Source of the DNA: Felis catus | Lineage: Eukaryota | Reading direction: 5' to 3' | Assembly: GCF_018350175.1 (NCBI RefSeq) | Contig: NC_058369.1 | Coordinates: forward strand, 26,848,001-26,912,000 | Length of the DNA: 64,000 nt | Shown here: in pieces, positions 11,324 through 23,250 of the stretch | Layout of the letters: the number at the start of each line of letters is the position of its first letter | Position numbering within the stretch: position 1 is the stretch's first letter | Notes under the pieces: generated by a model | Database searches by the model: none | The model's input: the letters and a program-made list of their open reading frames with translations, nothing else | Told to the model about the DNA's origin: nothing | Position numbers and translations under genes: made by a program

Positions 11324-12010
11324 CTCCCATACCAATCCATCACCTAAACCTATTTATCTATCTATCTTTCCTCCATTGTAGTCTCTACTCGGATTTACCT
11401 ATGATTTGCTCTTCCCTGAACTACTATGATAGCCTCCTAATTCACACACCATGTTGGCTTCCCTTCAAACCCATCTGCACATTGCAGAGTCATATTTATA
11501 ACACACAAATCCAGTCATATCAGTCTCTTGCTTCTAACCCTTTTGTGACTATAAACCTGTCTTCCTTTCCAGGTTCAATATATACAATATGCAGCCCCTT
11601 TCATTTCAGTTTCTTTTAGTTCTTCATGTTCAACATGTGTGCTTCCTCTGTAGGGTGCTGATATGTTCTTTTGAATAGATTACTTTTGCTCCCTTTTTTC
11701 TTTGGTTAAGGCCTACTTCTGTCAACACAGAGTTTAGATCAAGGGTTCCTTTCTCAGGGACACCTCTGATTTCCCTGACTTGATCAGATCCCCCTATTTA
11801 TTAGTTCTCATAACATCTTAGTACTTAGCATTACTGAAATAATTGAAATTTTGTTGTGTTTATAATATTGGCCATCTCTGTTAGACTGTCGGTTTCAAGA
11901 GAGCAGGGACCATACCTGTTTTGTTTACCCTTGCATTCCTAGGGCCTAGTATACTAGCTCAACCTTGTACCTGGTATAACAAAACATTAGTTCCCCTGGA
12001 TGAGTGAATG
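11324..12010 (+). mobile_element. L2 3' region
   Basis: tagactgt...gcagggacc...gagtgaatg terminal pattern. Confidence 0.75.
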
Positions 12011-13713
12011 AGGGAGGGAGGAGATGAAGGATGAATATAATCTTAAAAGACAGGCATAGGCTTTGGTGTAGAGAAAATAAGAAAGCAGTTGAAAATATGT
12101 TAAAGTAAATGGGTGAATTAATAATCTCAGTTTATTGATGGGAAAGCTAGTTATGGAGGTGATTAATCATAGTGCATCAGTAAGTCTCTTTACTCAGGTG
12201 TTTTTTTGTTATTTTATCACTGGTTTATTCAATTTAAGGCTAGAAGAAACCAGTATCATTTACTTCAATCTCCCTATCTCCTTGAGAGAAAATAATTGTC
12301 CACTGTCCAGTTGCCCAGGGATTGAGTCATTGGGTCATTTCCTGACCCTCCTAACTCCAACAAGTTCAGGAGATTTATAATTGGACTTTGATTAACAAAT
12401 AAGGGATAGGGCCTGTCCAGGCAATAGGCATTTCAAAGACGCCTGACTCAGATCAAAGTTGTTTTGTCTATGGTGAAATCTACCCTTACCAGTGATAGTG
12501 GTGTCTATAAAGCAAAATTAGAGTGTGTACTACTTTAACAATATGAACTCAAAATGAGAGCTAGGAAGAGACCCAATTTCACAATATCAGATGTTCTTGT
12601 TTGATCTGGATGAATGCAAGCCCATAACTAAACTCTTGGATTTGGCTATGACTTTAAGAATGGCTACCAAAATTCAGCCCTGACACCAAAAACAAAAAAA
12701 TAAACTAAAACAAACTTGGCTTAAGCCAAGTTATTTATGTACATTATACAGTGAAACATTTTCTCTAATTTCTACAGTTTTTAAAGAAGTCAGTACATTT
12801 TGTAATTGTGCTAAATTGATTAACTTAATTTGACAGCCTTAAGAATTAGGCACTATACAAGCTTTAAAGTGTTTGTCTTTGTTCTACAAAGAAAGCAATT
12901 TGGTGGTGTATTAATGTTATTAAAGGATATTGGATGACATTTAAAATGGAATAGACTACTGTTTTTGAGGATGGTGGAATCTTTGTCAATGCCTTCAAGT
13001 TAGATGCTATGATTATCAATTTGACAAGAAATAGTATTCTTTCGAACTAAGAATATACAGTATTTACTACAATATAGTTGTAGCTTATATTTTGTTTGCA
13101 GTTCATAATCAAATTATTTGGCATAATGGGAAGGAAAAGATACTGGTTTGATGATCAAAGTTTGTTTTGCTGCACAATAATCTAGAAACATTTACTACTT
13201 GAAGAGTTATTTTATTCTATTTCCACATTATAGAATAACCTTATGAGTGACAATAATGCCAAGTTGATAGAATAATTTAAAAACTGTGACTATTTTATAG
13301 TTAAAGTAAGTTGAGAAAAATTAATGATACCTGAGTCATCCATCTGACTTTTGATTTGAGAGTAGTGATGTCTTCTTTTTTCAAGAAGGCGGGGTGTAGG
13401 GAAATATTTTGAGGGTTTTACTGTTGATAGATTTTTTTCCCCCTCTCTGGTCGATGAGGTTCTAATGACACTTTCCTGCCTATACCTTTAGATGACCAAA
13501 TACTTCAAAATTCGTGTATTAACTTGAAATTTCCCAAACTAGCTACTACCTGATGATTTTCTCAGGGGGAAAAAAAAACTATTCCAGTAGTTGAATATTT
13601 AGGTATAAATACTTCTCTAAGATAGTTTTATAGAATAAGCACTTAGATTTAGAAAAATGAATATAGTTGTAAAATGCATCCTTGAAAAGATTAAATGAAG
13701 TGAGCTGATATTT

Positions 13714-15721
13714 TTTTTCTTTTTTTTAATTATTTATTTTTAAATTTACATCCAAGTTAGTTAGTATATAGTGTAACAATGATTTCAGGAGTAGATTCCT
13801 TAATACCCCTTACCCATTTAGCCCATGTCCCCTCCCACAACCCTTCCAGCAACCCTCAGTTTGTTCTCTATATTTAAGAGTTTTTTATGTTTTGTCCCCC
13901 TCCCTGTTTTTATATTATTTTATATTATTTATATTATATTTATATTTATATTATTTTTGCTCCCCTTCCCTTATGTTCATCTGTTTTGTATCTTAAAGTC
14001 CTCACATGAGTGAAGTCATATGATATTTGTCTTTCTCTGACTAATTTCGCTTAGCATAATGCCCTCTAGTTCCAGCCACGTAGTTGCAAAGGCAAGATTT
14101 CATTCTTTTTGATTGCCGAGTAATACTCCATTGTATATATATATACCACTTCTTCTTTATCCATTCTTCCATCGATGGACATTTGGGCTCTTTCCATACT
14201 TTGGCTATTGTTGACAGCACTGCTATAAACATCGGGGTACATGTGCCCCTTCAAAACAGCACACCTGTATCCCTTGGATAAATACCTAGTAGTGCAGTTG
14301 CTGGATCGTAGGGTAGTTCTATTTTTAATTTTTTGAGGAACCTCCATACTGTTTTCCAGAGTGGCTGCATCAGTTTGCATTCCCACCAGCAGTGCAGAAG
14401 AGATCCTCTTTCTTCGCATGCTCGCCAACATCTGTTGTTGTTCTGTTAGCCATTCTGACAGGTGTGAGGGGGTATCTCATTGTGGTTTTGATTTGTATTT
14501 CCTTGATGATGAGTGATGTGGAGCATTTTTTCATGTGTCGCTTGGCCATCTGGATGTCTTCTTTGGAGAAGTGTCTATTCATGTCTTTTGTCCATTTCTT
14601 CACCGGATTATTTGTTTTTTGGGTGTTGAGTTTGGTAAGTTCTCTATAGATTTTGGATACTAACCCTTTATCTGATATGTTGTTTGCAAATATCTTCTCC
14701 CATTCTGTCAGTTGCGTTTTAGTTTTGCTGATAGTTTCCTTCGCTGTGCAGAAGCTTTTTATTTTGAGGTCCCAATAGATCATTTTTGCTTTTGTTTCCC
14801 TTGCCTCCAGAGACGTGTTGAGTAAGAAATTGCTGCGACTGATATCAAAGAGGTTTTTGCTTTCTTTCTCCTTGAGGATTTTGATGGCTTCCTGTCTTAC
14901 ATTTAAGTCTTCCATCCATTTTGAGTTTATTTTTGTGTATGGTGTAAGAAGTGTTCCAGGTTCATTTTTCTGCATGTTGCTGTCCAGTTTTCCCAGCACC
15001 AGTTGCCGAAGAGACTGTCTTTAATCCATTGTATATTCTTTCCTGCTTTGTCAAAGATTAGTTGGCCATACATTTGTGGGTCTATTTCTGGGTTCTCTAT
15101 TCTGTTCCATTGATCTGAGTGTCTGTTTTTGTGCCAGTACCATACTGTCTTGATGATTACAGCTGTGTAATACATCTTGAAATCCAGGATTGTGATGCCT
15201 CCAGCTTTGGTTTTCTTTTTCAAGATTGCTTGGGTATTCAGGGTCTTTTCTGTTTCCATACAAATTTTAGGATTGTTTGTTCTAGCTCTGTGAAGGATGC
15301 TGGTGTTATTTTGATAGGGATTGCATTGAATATCTAGATTGCTTTGGGTTGTATTGACATTTTAACAATATTTGTTCTTCCAATCCAGGAGCATGGAATA
15401 TTTTTCCATTTTTTTGTGTCTTCTTCAATTTCTTTCATAAGCTTTCTATAGTTTTCAGTGTATAGATTTTTCACCTCTTTGGTTAGCTTTATCCCTAGGT
15501 ATTTTATGGTTTTTGGTGCAATTGTAAATGGGATCGATTCTTTGATTTCTCTTTCTGTTGCTTCATTATTGGTGTATAGGAATGCAGCCAATTTCTGTGC
15601 ATTGACTTAATATCCTGCAACTTTGCTGAATTCATGGATCAGTTTTAGCAGTTTTTTGGTGGAATCTTTAGGGTTTTCATATAGAGTATCACGTCATCTG
15701 CCAAGAGTGAAAGTTTGACCA
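13714..15721 (-). mobile_element. 5'-truncated felid L1 (ORF2 C-terminal part and 3' UTR)
   Basis: ORF2p-like peptides in the track (14370-14999, 14927-15259, 15334-15591) broken by frameshifts; T-rich tail; 16-bp TSD aagtgagctgatattt at 13698-13713 and 15722-15737. Confidence 0.97.
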
Positions 15722-15814
15722 AAGTGAGCTGATATTTAATACCAGTTTGTCTTTAAATATGTAAATACTCTTTTGTTGTCAGAAAAAGTTGTTAGATCTC
15801 AGTAGCAAGTTTTT

Positions 15815-15970
15815 TCTTATATAACCTAAATATATAACCTATGTAACCTAAATATATATTATAAATATAATAATATATAACTAATATATTATATAATTAT
15901 ATTATATAATATATATAATAAATATAATATATGTATTTCTTATGTAACCTAAAGGTATAACCTATATAAC
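15815..15970. repeat. AT-rich low-complexity tract with recurring taaccta
   Basis: Seen directly. Confidence 0.8.
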
Positions 15971-16543
15971 TGGCTAACCTAAAGCCAGTTAGTGTTGACT
16001 CATGCTAAGAAGGCTATATAGAAAACAGGATATGCACATGCAAAAAAAAGAAAAAAATGAGGTTGGACCCTTACCTTATGCTACATAAAAAACAAACAAA
16101 CAACAACAACAAAAAACCTCAAAATGGATCAAAGACGTAAAGATAAAACTTAAAAACTATAAAACTATGTTTTAGAAGAAAACATAGAGGAAGAGCTTCA
16201 TGTCACTGGATTTGACAATGATTTCTTGGATATGACATAAAAGCACAGGCAACAAATCTAAAAAAAGACAAATGAGACAACATTAAAATTTAAAACTTAA
16301 CATGCATCAAAGGACACAATCAGCAGAGTGAAAAAGCAGCCTGTGAAATGAGAAGGAACATTTCCAAATCATATATCTGATAATGTGTATATTTAGAATA
16401 TACAAAGAACTTCTACAACTCTACAACAACAACAAAGTCACTTGATTAAAAAACGGGCAAAGGTCTTGAAAATATATTACAAACGGCCAATAATCACATG
16501 AGAAGTTGTTCAACATTACAAATCATCAAGGAATTGCAATTCA

Positions 16544-16766
16544 GGGGCGCCCGGGTGGCTTAGTCAGTTAAGTGTCCGACTTTGGCTAGGGTCATGATCT
16601 TGCAGTTTGTGGGTTTGAACTCCAAGTCGGGCCCTCTGCTGACAACTCGGGGCCTGGAGCCTGCTTTGGATTCTGTGTCTCCCTCTCTTTCTGCCCCTCC
16701 CATGCTCATGCTCTGTTTGTCTCTCTCTCTCTCTCTCTCAAAAATTTTTAAAAAAATTAAAAAAAA
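16544..16766 (+). mobile_element. Can-SINE
   Basis: TSD aaggaattgcaattca at 16528-16543 and 16767-16782. Confidence 0.95.
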
Positions 16767-17488
16767 AAGGAATTGCAATTCAGTATCTTAATGAATTATC
16801 ACCTCACACCCATGAGGACGGCTCATATCCAAAACATGTAAAATTATAAGTGTTGATGAAGATGTGGAAAAATTAGAACTTGTGCAGTGTTGGTGGCAAT
16901 GTAAAATGGTACAGCAGCTATGGAGAATAGTATGTCAGTTCCTCAAGTAATTAATATAGAGTTATATGATTCACTTCCGAGTATGTATTCAAAGAAAATG
17001 AAAGCAGGTCTTGAAAAGAGGTATTTGTACACCTATGTTCTTAACAGCATTATTCACAACATTTAAAAGTGGAAGCAACCCAAGTGTCCATGGATGGATG
17101 AATGGATAAATAAAATGTGATATATACAATCAATGGAGTATTATTCAGCCTTAAAAAGGAAGGAAATTTTAACACACACCACAACATGGATGAACCTTGA
17201 GGACATTATGCTAAGTGAAATAAGCAAATTACACAAACATACACACACATACAAACATACTATATGACTCCACCTATAAAGTATATAGAGCAGAAAAAAA
17301 TCATAGAATCAGAAAGTAAAATGAAGGTTGCCAGGGAATGGGTGGAGCAGGGAGAAGTGAGAAGTTGTTGTTTAATGGGTGTAGAGTTTAAGTTTCACAC
17401 GATGAAAAAATTCTGGAGATTGATTGCACAACGGTGTAAATATACTTAATAATACTGAACTATACACATAAAAATGTTTAACTTGGCA

Positions 17489-17713
17489 GGGCGCCTGGGT
17501 GGCTCAGTCAGTTTAGCATCTGACGTGGCTCAGGTCATGATCTTGCGGTCTGTGGGTTTGAGCCCTATGTCAGGCTCTGTGCTGAAAGCTCGGAACCTAG
17601 AGCCTGCTTCAGATTCTGTGTTTCCCTCTCTCTCTCTCTCTGCGCCTCCCCTGCTCATGCTCTCTCTCTCTGTCTCTGTCTCACAAAAATGAATAAAAAA
17701 TGTTTAAAAAATT
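17489..17713 (+). mobile_element. Can-SINE
   Basis: Head, (CT)n, A-rich tail; degenerate TSD. Confidence 0.93.
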
Positions 17714-17929
17714 AAAATATTTAAGATGGCAAATTTTATGGGTTTTTTTTAACTATAATTTTCAAAAATTTTATGGGGGGAAGGGAACTAATTAGGAAAA
17801 AAAGATCTAAAAAATGCTCTTAGAAACAGCTTGAGAAACACTGTTACTAATAATTATATGTGTGTGTGTGTATGTGTGTGTGTGTACATGCATGCATGTA
17901 TGTGCATGCCCAGGCATGTCCATTTTAGC

Positions 17930-18465
17930 GGAACTATTTAAAGTTGGAGTGCTTTACTACTAAATACATAGCATAATAGCATGTATCTCCTAAGAATGAG
18001 GATAATCTCCTACATACCATTTTATACCATAACACTACATATATATTATACCTCAGTATCATTATCACATTCAAGAAATTTAATATTGAACAATAATATA
18101 TTTTGATATTCAGTCTATGTTCACATTTCTCCAGTTCTCCTAATGTTTTTTTTTCCCACACAAGGTCAATCAAGGACCATACTTCAAATTTGGTTGTAAT
18201 TTTAGTCTCCTTTATTTAGAACAATTGGGGTCTTTCAAGATGTTGGCATTTTGGATAGTTCACACCAGTTGTTTGGTAGAATGTCCTTCAATATGGGTTT
18301 GTCTAATTGTTTTCTATGACTAAATTAGACACTTAGGACAAAAAATCACTACATAAGTGATATAATGCATCCCTTTTGGAGAGAAATAATACCAGTTTGT
18401 CTCATTATTGTGATGTTGAGACTATTTGGTTAATTAAAGTGGTGAGTAGATTTTTCTATTAATAT
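17930..18465 (-). mobile_element. Ancient L1 3' UTR fragment (L1MC/L1ME-type)
   Basis: tctcctaagaatgaggataatctcctacata...gtagaatgtccttcaatatgggtttgtct resembles the L1MC4/5 3' UTR. Confidence 0.7.
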
Positions 18466-19369
18466 TTTTTATTTGTTTCTAATAAAAGGCATATATGCTT
18501 AGTTCAGAAAACTTGAAAAATGCAAAAGAAAAGAAAATCACTATAATTTCACTGCAAAAAAATAAACATTGTTATTGTTTTGTGCATGTCCTTAAGCAGT
18601 CTTCTATTGTTCATAATATAGTTAGTTATTCCAACTTTTATCTATTTAAAATTTTTCCTTTTATAAATAGTCCAGTAGTGAACATCATTGTCCCCTTCAA
18701 ATCTTTGTCCTAATTTTTAAAAATTATTTCTGTAGGATTTCTAAAATGTCAGTTGTTTGATTAAAAGGTATTAACTTTTTCACTTTTGCTATTGTATTCT
18801 CTGATTTTTATTTGGGTATATAGTACTCAAAAATTCCTCATCGAATGTGAACACTTCTGTTTCAACAGAATAAACAAATTAGTGTAAGAACCAGGTAGAG
18901 ACTGGCTGTCTGCATTCTGTGCAACTAGTAGAAAAAGTCTTAACTGGCTTAACCCAGTCTATGGTAAGGTTTTTCTGAAATCCTATATCCACAGGTGATC
19001 CAATCAGCTGAGGACAGGGCAAAGCAGGTATAGGGTATAAGCAGCACTGTTAGGAAGCAGATTTTCTGAAGGAATGATGTAACAGGAAGAGATATTTGTC
19101 ATTTCTAGTATGTTTAGTTTAACACTTGCTTCAAAGAAAAAAGTCTTTCTCAATGTGTTTGTTTTTGTATTTGGCACATAACATTCATTAAAAGTATCAT
19201 TTCCCCCATGGTTTCCACCACAGGTCAAAATAATTTCCGATCTGTGATTAACTCCACTCCATTCTCTGTTATGTGGTATTGTACTCTTTCTAATACACAA
19301 ATATGCTCTTGTCCCTCCACTGCTTAAATGCCCTTTAGTGATTTCTTACCGCTGTTAAGACAAAGGCCT

Positions 19370-20229
19370 TGCTTGGTAGTTGAGTGGATGTGAGAGATAA
19401 GGAAAAGGGGAGATTAAAGGATCCTGTCAGTTTATTGCTCAGATAACTGGGTGAATGGTGAGGTCATTCATGAGGAAGATCAGATTATAAGTTAAATTTA
19501 GATGGAATAAATTTGAGGTACCTGTGGGACATGCAATTCGAGCTATTGAATAGGTGGTTGGGTAAATTGTTCTAAAATCCAGGATGGAGATTAATTAGGG
19601 CTAGAGATACAGAATCAGGAGTTACCAAATTCAGATGGTAAGTAAAGACTCTGAGATAGTGGAGTAGAAAAACCAGACAGACTAGAGTAAGAAGAAAAGA
19701 AAGCTTGGGCAGAAATGACATGTGAGAGTTGGATAAAGGATCAAAAGGGAGCAGTCAAAAAAGTAGGAGAAAGACCATATATATTTGGTGACTCCTGTGC
19801 CAGTGGCGTAAAGGTCTTTCAAGAAAGGGATAGGACAGCAAATGCCTATGCTTCTGAGATTCCAAATAAGACTTGAAAAGTAACCTGGGAATCAGCAGTG
19901 ACCTCTGCAAGATTACTTTTGTTAGAGCCTTTCACTTAGAAGCCAGACTCCAGTAGACTGAGGAGTGATTGGCAAGTAAGAAAGTGGTGACAGCAAGTGA
20001 AGACAACGCTCAAGAAGTTTGGTTGTGGGGGCGCCTGGGTGGCGCAGTCGGTTAAGCGTCCGACTTCAGCCAGGTCACGATCTCGCGGTCCGGGAGTTCG
20101 AGCCCCATGTCGGGCTCTGGGCTGATGGCTCAGAGCCTGGAGCCTGTTTCCGATTCTGTGTCTCCCTCTCTCTCTGCCCCTCCCCCGTTCATGCTCTCTC
20201 TCTGTCCCAAAAATAAATAGACGTTGAAA

Positions 20230-20269
<40 letters not shown>

Positions 20270-20340
20270 AGTTTGGTTGTGAAAGGCAATAGAGAAACTT
20301 TAATAGCTAGCGCTAGGGAGTTTACAGATTTTTTAATTAT
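19370..20340 (-). mobile_element. L2 fragment hosting a young SINE
   Basis: Purine-rich L2-like text (tttgaggtacctgtgggacat, gccagactccagtagactgaggagtga) that continues across the SINE TSD. Confidence 0.65.
20028..20265 (+). mobile_element. Very young SINEC_Fc
   Basis: Most CpGs intact, 29-nt pure A run, perfect TSD aagaagtttggttgtg at 20012-20027 and 20266-20281. Confidence 0.97.
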
Positions 20341-21269
20341 TTGTTCCCATTGGGAGAGACTTGGATTTTGAAGATTCAGAGGAGAGAGAGAATCATGTGG
20401 AGATCCCTGAAAAGGAATCTAGAAAATCCCTGAAAAAAAGTCTAGGATGTAGACTCTTACTACATTTTCCTGGATTATTTGAAATTTAATTTTATATTCT
20501 TGAATAAAATTTTAGTATGCAGGCTCTTTTGAAGGCTACAATTAAAATGTACCTTTCCACTAGTAGGAACAAAAGCAAAATAATTTGTTTTGTGTGTGAG
20601 CACCTTAAATTAATGTGATTTAATTGAGTATTAAAGACCTGTTATACAGACTACTGATGGCTTTTTTTGTTCAAGTATTATGAATAGAAATGTGTATGTG
20701 GTGATCTTTAAATAAATGTTCTACCATAGTTCTGTAAAACTATATGGGAATTTACAATTGGAGGCAAAAATAAAGAGCCAAGTGCAAAAACTTACAAAGC
20801 CTCAAAATTATGCAAGAAGCTAATCTGAATATCAAAGGACAGAGGATATAATTTATTTGTTATTATAAATTCTGTCTGGAAACTTCTTTTTCATACTATG
20901 TCAAAAACCCTTAAACATTCATAGTTTAAAATAGTCTATTTGCTGCTTTATAAAAAAGATTATGAATTTACTTTAAAAATAATTTTGTCACTGTTAACAT
21001 TGGAGATAAAATTGCATCAGTACCCTTTCATGAAGATTGTTTTACTTAGGAACCAGATCATAATGTTAAAAATAAGCAAAAAACAGGTTATGGTATCCAA
21101 AATTTTGGATCTTGAAGATGTTTGAACTGATTTGGTGATCATGTTATTATTCTGCTATTATATTGCTATCTTGTATAATAGAAATTTTGCTTTATTTGAG
21201 TACATTTCCCAAAACAGAAGTTAATAATTTGCACATTTGTTCTTTCAGCACTCTTTGTGTTTAAAGGGA

Positions 21270-21600
21270 TTGAATGCTAAACTGAAACTGGCTCACACAA
21301 TAAATAGTTGATTATTGGTTCATATAACTTAGCTGACCAGAGTAGATCCAGCTGTATCCCGAGCTCCAAAAGCATTGCCAGATTCTTTCTCTATATTCTT
21401 TTCTTTAGTTTAGCTTAATCCCTAGGCAAGCTCACAAAATTGCTGCAGATTTCTCAATCTCATTTCCTTATTTCTAAGTAGAACATTTTGAGCCAAAGTC
21501 CTTACATCACCTTAATTTGAATTGACTGAGATCAAATGCCTATCTCTACCAACCACAGTGGTCAGATAAATGTACATCCACATTGGCTTAAGACTGGGTT
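21270..21600 (-). mobile_element. Old MaLR LTR fragment (MLT1J/K/L-like)
   Basis: aactggct...tattggttcatataact...aaccacagtggtcag...attggcttaagactggg. Confidence 0.5.
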
Positions 21601-21629
21601 GTATCTATTTTTTAAAAATAGATATTACT

Positions 21630-21847
21630 TTATTTTATTTATTTTTAAAATATTTATATTTTGAAAGAGAGAAAGAGAACACATATGTGTAAGCACGGGA
21701 GGGGCAGAGAGAAAGGGAGACAGAGGATCCAAAGGGGGCTCTGTGCGGACAGCAGAGAGCTGAATGCAGGGCTCAGACACACAAACTGTGAGACCATGAT
21801 CTGAGCTGAAGTTGTATGCTCAACCCATTGAGTCACCCAGGCACTCC
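21630..21847 (-). mobile_element. Can-SINE
   Basis: T-rich tail and head ending cacccaggcactcc. Confidence 0.92.
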
Positions 21848-22429
21848 TAAATATTCTAAGCTATAGATTTATAGAAAAATCAAATATATAGTATAGAGAA
21901 TTCCCATATACCCCACATTCACCTTCCCCAATTACATCTTACATTAGTAACAATAAAGCAATATTGATACAATATTTTTAAATTAATTAATTTTTAAATT
22001 TACAACCAAGTTAGTTAGCATATAGTCCAACAATGATTTCAGGAGTAGATTCCAGTGATTCATCCCCTATGTATAACTCCCAGTGCTCATCCCAAGTGTC
22101 TTCCTTAATGCCCCTTACCAATTAAGCCCATCCCCCCTCCCACAACCCCTCCAGCAACCCTCAGTTTGTTCTCTATATTTAAGAGTTTTTTATGTTTTGT
22201 CCCCCTCCCTGTTTTTATATTATATTATTTATATTATATTTATATTTATATTATTTTTGCTCCCCTTCCCTTATGTTCATCTGTTTTGTATCTTAAAGTC
22301 CTCCTATGAATGAAGTCATACGATATTTGTCTTTCTCTAATTTCGCTTAGCATAATGCCCTCTAGTTCCAGCCACGTAGTTGCAAAGGCAAAATTTCATT
22401 CTTTTTGATTGCCGAGTAATACTGCATTA

Positions 22430-22540
22430 CATGCGCGAGCGCACGCACGTGTGTGTGTGTGTGTGTGTATACACACACATATATATATGTGTGTGTATAT
22501 CTACATACACACACATATATATGTATATATATGTATATAT
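22430..22540. repeat. Compound (GT)n/(CA)n/(TA)n microsatellite containing perfect palindromes
   Basis: Seen directly; palindromes at 22460-22479 and 22468-22499. Confidence 0.95.
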
Positions 22541-23030
22541 ACCATGTCTTTTTTATCCATTCATCCATTGGTGGACATTTGAGCCCTTTCCATACTTTGA
22601 CTGTTGTTGATAGTGCTGCTATAAACATTGGGGTGCACGTGTCCCTTTGACACAGCATACCTGTATCCCTTGGATAAATACCTAGTATTGACTTCTTCCT
22701 TGCTGGTTCAGATGCCTTTTATTCCTTTGTATTGTCTGATTGCTGCTGCTAAGACTTCCAATATTATGTTGAATAACAATGGCAAGAGTGGAAATCCCTG
22801 TTGTGTCCAGACTTTAGGGGAAAGCTTTCAGTTTTTTCCTGTTGAGGACGATATTAGCAGTGGGTCTTTCATATATGACTTTCATGATCTTGAGGTATGA
22901 TCCTTCTATCCCTACTTTCTTGAGGGTTTTTCTCAAGAAAGGATGCTGTATTTTGTCAAATGTTTTCTCTGCATCTATTGAGAGGATCATGTGGTTCTTG
23001 TCTTTTTTTTTTTTTTAATTTTTGATGTGA

Positions 23031-23250
23031 GGGGCGTCTGGGTGGCGCAGTCGGTTAAACGTCCGACTTCAGCCAGGTCACGATCTCGTGGTCCGTGAGT
23101 TCGAGCCCCGCGTCGGGCTCTGGGCTGATGGCTCAGAGCCTGGAGCCTGTTTCCGATTCTGTGTCTCCCTCTCTCTCTGCCCCTCCCCCATTCATGCTCT
23201 GTTTCTCTCTGTCCCAAAAATAAATAAACGTTGAAAAAAAATTAAAAAAA
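23031..23250 (+). mobile_element. Young SINEC_Fc inside L1
   Basis: TSD aatttttgatgtga at 23017-23030 and 23251-23264. Confidence 0.97.

Larger units (their letters stand above)
16025..17768 (+). mobile_element. Old L1 (L1MA/L1MB-type) 3' fragment, interrupted by two SINEs
   Basis: Degenerate ORF2 3' end (aactcaaaatggatcaaagac-like, gatgtggaaaaattagaac) and mammalian-wide 3' UTR. Confidence 0.88.

Noticed and set aside
14370..15591. L1 ORF2 peptides as an active retrotransposon
   Set aside because: 5'-truncated and frameshifted; no L1 in the window has intact ORF1 and ORF2.
20028..20110. tRNA-like A/B-box sequence at SINE heads
   Set aside because: Can-SINEs are tRNA-derived; these heads run into a (CT)n and A tail with TSDs and are not tRNA genes.
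22681..22695. L1 internal deletion explained as RNA splicing
   Set aside because: The breakpoints do not fit GT-AG on the L1 sense strand; on the opposite strand the fit is off by one base and lacks a pyrimidine tract.
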